DNA of 13,664 nucleotides from a virus (Duplodnaviria; Heunggongvirae; Uroviricota; Caudoviricetes): IMG/VR virus record IMGVR_UViG_3300024268_000043, positions 1 to 13,664 of that record; one strand, 5' to 3'. Shown piece by piece: positions 9,160 to 13,664 of this stretch (position 1 is its first letter; each line of letters starts with the position of its first letter). The notes under the pieces were generated by a model. It saw only the letters and a program-made list of their open reading frames with translations, ran no database searches and was not told where the DNA came from. The position numbers and the translations under genes were made by a program.

Positions 9160-9177
9160 CAAAAGAGGTGAAAAAGA

Positions 9178-11271
9178 ATGGCAACTATTAATGGAACATC
9201 GGTCGGAGGGATGACACTTCAGATCGATTATTCATATACACAAAACACAACGGCAAACACATCAACCGTAACGGCAAAGTTGCAGTTAGTAAGCCACTAC
9301 GCATTATATGCAACTGCGTTGAGTGGTTCATATATTTCAGTAGGTGGCAGCAGAACGGATTATAGTACATCAATTAGTTATGGTGGTTCTGGCACTACAA
9401 CAACTGTATTGGCAACAAAAACGGTGACTGTGTCGCACAATAGCAACGGAACTGGTACTTGTAATCTTTCTGGTGCATTTGTAATGAATGGTACTTATCG
9501 TAATATTTATGTTGGTACTATGACTGTAAGTTCAACAATTACACTACCAACAATTCCTAGAGCATCGGGGTTGACCGTGCCAACAAGTATTAATACCGGA
9601 TCCGCATTGTCAGGTACAGTTTCGCCGTCTTCGACTTCATTTAATCATAAGGTTGAACTGAAAATTGATTCTACAGTAAAACAAACCATTACGTTGGCAA
9701 CTGGCACCAATACTTTTAGTGCTACAATTCCACACTCTTGGATTCCAAGCAGCACAAGCGCTACAATATCTGTCGTGTTATCAACATATAGCGGAACGAC
9801 ATTTATTGCAAGCACAACCAAAAATGTGACGGCAAATGTACCTGCATCGGTTGTGCCGTCTGTAAGTGCTTTTACTGCAACATCATCTGTAACTGCTGGC
9901 ACTTTTGCTAATCTGTATGTTCAAGGTAAGACCACTGCAAAATTAACAGCAACTGCGACTGCGGGAGATGGAAGTTCTATTACGTCATACACTTATAGTG
10001 GTTCTGGTATAAACACAACGGTTACGACAAATACCGCAACTACATCAACGCTTCAGGCGACTGGTACGCAAACGTACACGGTGTCAGTGAAGGATGCTCG
10101 TGGTAGAACTGCAAGTAAAACGGTTTCTATAACCGTTTACCCATATGCCGCACCGTCGATTGGTCCAGTATCGGTACAGAGATGCGACGCAAGTGGTAAT
10201 TTAACCGAGAGCGGAACTTACGCAAAATATACTGTTAATTCTGCATACTCTACTGTAAATAGCAAAAATACAAGAACTGTAACCGTCGCTTACAGTAGTA
10301 ATAATGGATCTACTTATTCTGCCGAGACAACACTTCAGGCGACAACCGATACTGCAAGCACTAAAACGGGTGTATATGGCGATGGGGCGTTTGCTATTTC
10401 TAGTGCATATATTCTACGATTTACCATCAAGGATGCTTACGGTGCCACAAAGACTATTACAGCGCCACTACAATCTGCGGCGAGACCGATTAATATTCGA
10501 TCTAATGGTAAGGGTGTGTCGATTGGCGCTATGTCTACTAAGGATGCTTTTGAGGTGTCGATGGATGCAGATTTTAATAAGAACGTTAATATTGATGGTA
10601 CTGCCACAATTGTAGGTAACACTACGATGAGCGGCACACTTACAACTACAGGAGCAATTAATTCTAAAAATAATATCAACATGGGTGGAGCCAATGGTCA
10701 AACCGGAGAATTATCTATTAGGTTTTCAAATCCAACTACCTCCACATATCCTCATAATTCTTACCTATATGGCGGAAACCCAAGTAACGTAAATGCAATT
10801 GGATGTTATGATGGAAAAAATAACAGAGCAATTTGGAGTTATAACGATACCAACAACTCTTTGTCTATTGGAAATGGTAGTGCGATTATATATTTTAACG
10901 GTGCTAAGTTGGCCGATTTTGTTGTCGAGCAAGGTACATCTGGAATTTGGACATATCGTAAATGGAATAGCGGTCTTGCTGAGTGCTGGGGAATTTATAC
11001 AATGACTAGCGCGTGCAACTTGGCGTGGGGAACTTTGTATTATAGTAATACTCTTGCTCCTCGTATCAATTATCCTTTCACATTTACAAGTAGACCACAA
11101 GAAACCGTGTTTTGTCGCGGAGATAGTGTCTCTGCATGGGCATATCCTGAGGGTGGCGGAATAGGAATGAACACCACAACGCAAACTGCTCAGTATGGAT
11201 TCTTGCGCCCAACTACAATGACTGCCGCACAGGTTAGATATGAATATACTGTTGTTGGCAAATGGAAATAA
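9178..11271 (+). CDS. DUF859-like siphovirus minor tail / receptor-binding protein with gp53-like C-terminal domain
   Basis: 697 aa, RBS GAGGTG in 9165-9170. The N-terminus 'YSYTQNTTANTSTVT...VSHNSNGTG...TLPTIPRAS' and the middle 'YVQGKT...VKDARGRT...YAAPSI...RCDASG...GTYAK' fit the DUF859-type architecture. The C-terminal 'VVEQGTSGIWTYRKWNSGLAECWG' (from ~10915) is the common fibre-tip module. Confidence 0.75.
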   Translation: MATINGTSVGGMTLQIDYSYTQNTTANTSTVTAKLQLVSHYALYATALSGSYISVGGSRTDYSTSISYGGSGTTTTVLATKTVTVSHNSNGTGTCNLSGAFVMNGTYRNIYVGTMTVSSTITLPTIPRASGLTVPTSINTGSALSGTVSPSSTSFNHKVELKIDSTVKQTITLATGTNTFSATIPHSWIPSSTSATISVVLSTYSGTTFIASTTKNVTANVPASVVPSVSAFTATSSVTAGTFANLYVQGKTTAKLTATATAGDGSSITSYTYSGSGINTTVTTNTATTSTLQATGTQTYTVSVKDARGRTASKTVSITVYPYAAPSIGPVSVQRCDASGNLTESGTYAKYTVNSAYSTVNSKNTRTVTVAYSSNNGSTYSAETTLQATTDTASTKTGVYGDGAFAISSAYILRFTIKDAYGATKTITAPLQSAARPINIRSNGKGVSIGAMSTKDAFEVSMDADFNKNVNIDGTATIVGNTTMSGTLTTTGAINSKNNINMGGANGQTGELSIRFSNPTTSTYPHNSYLYGGNPSNVNAIGCYDGKNNRAIWSYNDTNNSLSIGNGSAIIYFNGAKLADFVVEQGTSGIWTYRKWNSGLAECWGIYTMTSACNLAWGTLYYSNTLAPRINYPFTFTSRPQETVFCRGDSVSAWAYPEGGGIGMNTTTQTAQYGFLRPTTMTAAQVRYEYTVVGKWK

Positions 11272-11328
11272 AAGAACCTCCTAAGAGAACAACAAATACA
11301 AATACCTTATGATAGGAGGTGAAATGTT

Positions 11329-11787
11329 ATGGAAGTATTTAAGAATATAGCCACAATAGTTGGTTGTATCTCTGCTTGTATAGCGTTATTGATTACAATC
11401 ATTAAGCCACTTAGACAGCGTCTTATTGATTCGTTTGTTAGAAAATCTAAAGATACAAAAAGAGATGAAAAAATAGATAAGATGGATAAGAAAATAGATA
11501 AATTATTAGAAGTTAATCAATGTCTAGAGGATAGGTTGACGCGTGTTGAGAATAATGTTTTGGAAAATGAATCAGATAGGATTCGTGCAGAATTGTTTGA
11601 TTGCGGAAATAGATGTCGTCGTGGCATTAGATTACACCCAGAAGAAATGGAACACATTAGAACTATTTATCACAAGTATAAAAATGTTCTTCATCAGAAT
11701 CACGAAGGTGATGAAGAATTTGATTTTATTACAAGATATTATAACAATCAAAGTTTTCCAGCATATCATACACAACAAAATGATTAA
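11329..11787 (+). CDS. Phage membrane protein (N-terminal TM helix + coiled coil), holin-associated / putative holin or antiholin
   Basis: 152 aa, RBS AGGAGGTG at 11314-11321. Hydrophobic 'IATIVGCISACIALLITII', coiled coil 'KIDKMDKKIDKLLEVNQCLEDRLTRVE', and a C-terminal 'EEMEHIRTIYHKYK..LHQNHEG' pattern common in genes preceding Firmicutes phage holins. Confidence 0.55.
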   Translation: MEVFKNIATIVGCISACIALLITIIKPLRQRLIDSFVRKSKDTKRDEKIDKMDKKIDKLLEVNQCLEDRLTRVENNVLENESDRIRAELFDCGNRCRRGIRLHPEEMEHIRTIYHKYKNVLHQNHEGDEEFDFITRYYNNQSFPAYHTQQND

Positions 11788-11803
11788 AAAGGAGCGATGA
11801 ATT

Positions 11804-12112
11804 ATGGCATGGTTAGAATTAATTATAGCGATTTTGTCAGGAATTACAGCTTGTATTCCATTGGTCATATCGTTGGTAAAATATATTCAAAGGGCCATTA
11901 AAGAAAAGAATTTGGGAGCTGTTGTGCAGCTTGTACTCAAATTAATGGCTGAGGCTGAGCAGAATTATTCTAATGGGGCAGAAAGAAAAGATTATGTAAT
12001 ATCGTCTATTAAGGCAATGGAAAACACATTGCAGTACGATATTGACGAAAAGGCAATAAGTGAACTAATCGATTCGATAGTTCTTGCCACAAAGAAAATC
12101 AATACGAAATAA
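11804..12112 (+). CDS. Holin, LL-H-like family
   Basis: 102 aa, RBS AAGGAG at 11789-11794. A single N-terminal hydrophobic helix (LELIIAILSGITACIPLVISLV) is followed by the 'AEAEQ...GAERKDYV' signature of LL-H-type holins. Confidence 0.7.
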   Translation: MAWLELIIAILSGITACIPLVISLVKYIQRAIKEKNLGAVVQLVLKLMAEAEQNYSNGAERKDYVISSIKAMENTLQYDIDEKAISELIDSIVLATKKINTK

Positions 12113-12152
12113 AATTAAAGGGAGTGGGCTTTGCCCGCTCCCTTATTTTTTT
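12113..12152. terminator. Bidirectional rho-independent terminator between the late operon and the convergent RHH gene
   Basis: AAGGGAGTGGGC (12118-12129) / TTT / GCCCGCTCCCTT (12133-12144): a 12-bp stem with one G.U pair, followed by a T-run and preceded by an A-rich tract (AAAATTAAAG). Confidence 0.85.
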
Positions 12153-12295
12153 GGATTTTTCAAATATTCAGTAACAATTTGTTTTAATAAATTATTTACC
12201 GATCTCCCCTGTCTTGCCGCTTCAATTTCGATCTGAAGTTTTAGTTCTCCCGGAATTCTAAATGTTATTGTTTGTGTCCCTTCTTTCATTACCAT
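12143..12295 (-). CDS. Arc/Mnt-like ribbon-helix-helix DNA-binding protein
   Basis: Minus-strand RBS GAGGTG (complement of 12302-12307) is 6 nt before the ATG at 12295, giving 50 aa: MVMKEGTQTITFRIPGELKLQIEIEAARQGRSVNNLLKQIVTEYLKNPKK. Alternating beta-strand 'TITFRIP', helix, 'GRSVN' turn, helix is the Arc-family RHH pattern. It has its own consensus promoter. The ORF-track start at 12328 lies upstream of the -10 box and is unlikely. Confidence 0.8.
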   Translation of the reverse strand: MVMKEGTQTITFRIPGELKLQIEIEAARQGRSVNNLLKQIVTEYLKNPKK

Positions 12296-12313
12296 CTGTG
12301 TCACCTCAAAAAT

Positions 12314-12342
12314 ATTATAATAAAACAAAAAAGTGATGTCAA
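12314..12342 (-). promoter_or_regulatory. Consensus sigmaA/sigma70 promoter driving the RHH gene
   Basis: Minus-strand TTGACA (complement of tgtcaa, 12337-12342), 17-bp spacer, TATAAT (complement of attata, 12314-12319): a perfect consensus. Confidence 0.85.
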
Positions 12343-12402
12343 GGTGCTTGACAATAGTGCTTTCAAAGTGCTATCATAAATTTATGGTGGTGATTGCACC
12401 TT
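12332..12402. repeat. Array of short RGTGMT direct repeats plus inverted repeats (candidate operator / centromere tubS)
   Basis: AGTGAT 12332, GGTGCT 12343, AGTGCT 12356, AGTGCT 12367, GGTGAT 12389 (spacings 11, 13, 11, 22). AAGGTGC (12341-12347) is inverted relative to GCACCTT (12396-12402). CATAAATTTATG at 12375-12386 is a perfect palindrome. Confidence 0.5.
12348..12377 (+). promoter_or_regulatory. sigmaA-type promoter with extended -10 driving tubR-tubZ
   Basis: TTGACA at 12348-12353, 18-bp spacer, TG at 12369-12370 followed by C and TATCAT at 12372-12377 (TGn-extended -10). Confidence 0.7.
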
Positions 12403-12434
12403 AATGACTAACGGTAGAAGGGGAGTGGTTGGAT

Positions 12435-12686
12435 ATGACAATCAATAGAACACATTTGATTTTAATGACAATATTATACAAAAACAAAGCGACATCGGCC
12501 GGAACGGCTATTACAACAGAAGAAATGAAGAATTATTGCAATATAGGCAAAAGCGATTCGACTTTCAATAGGGCTTTTCGTTTTCTTCAAAATGAGGGAT
12601 ATATCAACAAGGGTGTTAAGGACGGGAAATTCTCTACCTACTACATCACAGAAATTGGAACAAAAAAATTATTGGAGGTAATGTAA
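12435..12686 (+). CDS. tubR: Winged-helix DNA-binding protein, TubR-like centromere-binding adaptor
   Basis: RBS GGGAG (12421-12425) is 9 nt before ATG 12435; the track's TTG at 12429 is an in-frame alternative. 83 aa with an HTH 'TTEEMKNYCNIGKSDSTFNRAFRFLQNEGYI' and wing 'KGVKDGKFSTYYITEIG'. It lies immediately upstream of, and 1 nt from, a TubZ-like gene, as in phage c-st. Confidence 0.7.
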   Translation: MTINRTHLILMTILYKNKATSAGTAITTEEMKNYCNIGKSDSTFNRAFRFLQNEGYINKGVKDGKFSTYYITEIGTKKLLEVM

Positions 12687-12687
12687 T

Positions 12688-13664
12688 ATGCGTGAACAAT
12701 TTGGAGTTTTATCTTTGGGACAATGTGGAGGAAATATCGGGCGCGAGTTTGAGCGATTGGGTTATACTACTGTTTATGTAAATTCAAGTCAAAGCGATCT
12801 TGCAACGATTAATGGAACACACAAGATTCACATCCCAAATGCGGACGGGGCCGCGCGTGACAGAAAAAGAGTTTTGCAGTTGGCATCAGAGCACATTATG
12901 GATATTGTAGATAAGATTACTACCATCTTGACTCATAAATACATTATTTGTACATTCAGTTCAAGCGGAGGAACGGGGTCTGGGCTAAGTATTCCATTGA
13001 TGACATATCTAACTCAAATAGGCAGAGTTTGTATACCAGCAATTGTTTTACCAGACGATAGGGTCGAAAGTGCAAAGGCGTGTGAAAATGCTTATAACAC
13101 ATGTGTAGAAATTATGAACATTAAAAATTTAGGAGCAACCTTTCTTTTGGACAATGCAAGACACGATAAGTTTGCTATCAACACTAGATTCGCTAAAGAA
13201 CTTGATGCTTTTATTAATCTTAAGAATGATAGTATATATGGGGTGATCGACCCAGCGGAGCGCAAACAAATGTTATCTTGCTATGGTATTTCAGTACTTG
13301 CAAAGTTAAGCAAATCTCGCAGTACTGCCTCCGACATTCTTGATGCTCTACACAATGGAATATATGCCGAAATTACCTCAAAATCAGCGATGTACTTAGC
13401 ACTTTCTACTAGTAACAGGTCTCTGGACATCACTAACATTACTAGAGAATTTCAAGGTGTTTATGACAGTTACTTAGGCATCTCTGACTCAACTTCTGTT
13501 GCTATGATTTCAGGATTACAGTTTCCGAGTAAGATTCTAAATAAATTTAGAATAAAGTTCGAAGAAACTGTCAAGAATATGAATGGTGGTAATTTCATTC
13601 AAGATTTTGCACCATTGGAACCACTAAAGGGGTTATCATTTACGAGAGAGCAAGTTACACCTAC
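12688..13664 (+). CDS. tubZ: Tubulin/FtsZ-superfamily GTPase, TubZ-like partition motor (3'-truncated by the window)
   Basis: RBS GGAGG at 12674-12678. The frame is open from ATG 12688 to the window end (325 codons): MREQFGVLSLGQCGGNIG (T1), YVNSSQSDL (T2), DGAARDR (T3), SSSGGTGSG (tubulin signature, 12964-12984), FLLDN, GVIDPAE (T7, 13240-13260). Motif order and spacing match clostridial phage TubZ (c-st: GQGGGN...INTS..DL...EGCGKER...GGTGSG...YLLDN...GVVDEDE, from memory). Confidence 0.88.
   Translation, partial: MREQFGVLSLGQCGGNIGREFERLGYTTVYVNSSQSDLATINGTHKIHIPNADGAARDRKRVLQLASEHIMDIVDKITTILTHKYIICTFSSSGGTGSGLSIPLMTYLTQIGRVCIPAIVLPDDRVESAKACENAYNTCVEIMNIKNLGATFLLDNARHDKFAINTRFAKELDAFINLKNDSIYGVIDPAERKQMLSCYGISVLAKLSKSRSTASDILDALHNGIYAEITSKSAMYLALSTSNRSLDITNITREFQGVYDSYLGISDSTSVAMISGLQFPSKILNKFRIKFEETVKNMNGGNFIQDFAPLEPLKGLSFTREQVTP

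Noticed and set aside
9178-10680. Extreme Thr/Ser richness suggesting a mucin-like or glycosylated stalk
   Set aside because: Thr/Ser-rich beta-sandwich domains are ordinary in siphophage tail proteins, and no glycosyltransferase or other supporting evidence is in the window.
10915-11271. Possible diversity-generating retroelement variable region at the fibre tip
   Set aside because: No template repeat, reverse transcriptase or second near-identical copy is visible in the window.
11459-11505. AAAATAGATAA(G/A) near-tandem repeat in the holin-associated gene
   Set aside because: Explained by the coiled-coil coding sequence KIDKMDKKIDKL in an A-rich genome.
8874-11806. Out-of-frame ATGs immediately after the RBS of three genes (8880, 11324, 11797), suggesting dual-start control
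   Set aside because: Each is too close to the Shine-Dalgarno core for efficient initiation and none is in frame, unlike the lambda S105/S107 dual start; likely chance.
913-11868. Numerous 60-140 aa alternative-frame and antisense ORFs in the track (e.g. 1449-1787, 3965-4267, 6721-7077, 8250-8570, 10765-11184, 11543-11800)
   Set aside because: All lie wholly or mostly within long, RBS-supported genes, show no recognisable motifs or RBSs, and look like shadow ORFs of biased codon usage.
371-12686. Possible stop-codon reassignment (TAG or TGA recoding seen in some gut phages)
   Set aside because: All major genes are long and uninterrupted under the standard code, and they end in TAA or TGA with tight, RBS-supported junctions.
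12688-13664. Annotation as host cell-division FtsZ
   Set aside because: It has GQCGGN and GGTGSG rather than FtsZ GGGGGN/GGGTGTG, lacks the NxDFAD T7 motif, has no dcw-cluster neighbours, and sits in a wHTH-coupled operon within a phage.

Overview
The window is the late-gene end of a large tailed (siphovirus-like) phage of a low-GC Gram-positive host, most likely Clostridia; the host assignment is inferred from gene families and sigmaA-type promoters. Plus strand, in order: 3' end of a probable tape-measure gene (2-259, cut by the window edge), a Dit-like distal tail protein, a 1342-aa Tal/tail-endopeptidase-like protein, a 1204-aa repeat-rich tail fibre, a 90-aa CxxC/CxxC protein, a DUF859-like minor tail/receptor-binding protein, two membrane (holin-type) genes with no endolysin, and a bidirectional terminator. 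Next comes a separate module: an Arc-like ribbon-helix-helix gene on the minus strand, transcribed divergently from a winged-helix gene and a tubulin/FtsZ-superfamily GTPase. The GTPase (12688 to the window end) is absent from the supplied ORF track because it runs off the edge. The winged-helix/GTPase pair resembles the TubR-TubZ type III partition system of Clostridium botulinum phage c-st, implying a phage that persists as a plasmid-like prophage. The ~130-bp divergent intergenic region holds back-to-back sigmaA promoters whose -35 boxes form one palindrome, roughly helically phased RGTGMT repeats and a 12-bp palindrome; these are candidate operator/centromere sites. All family assignments come from motif recognition by eye; no database search was run.
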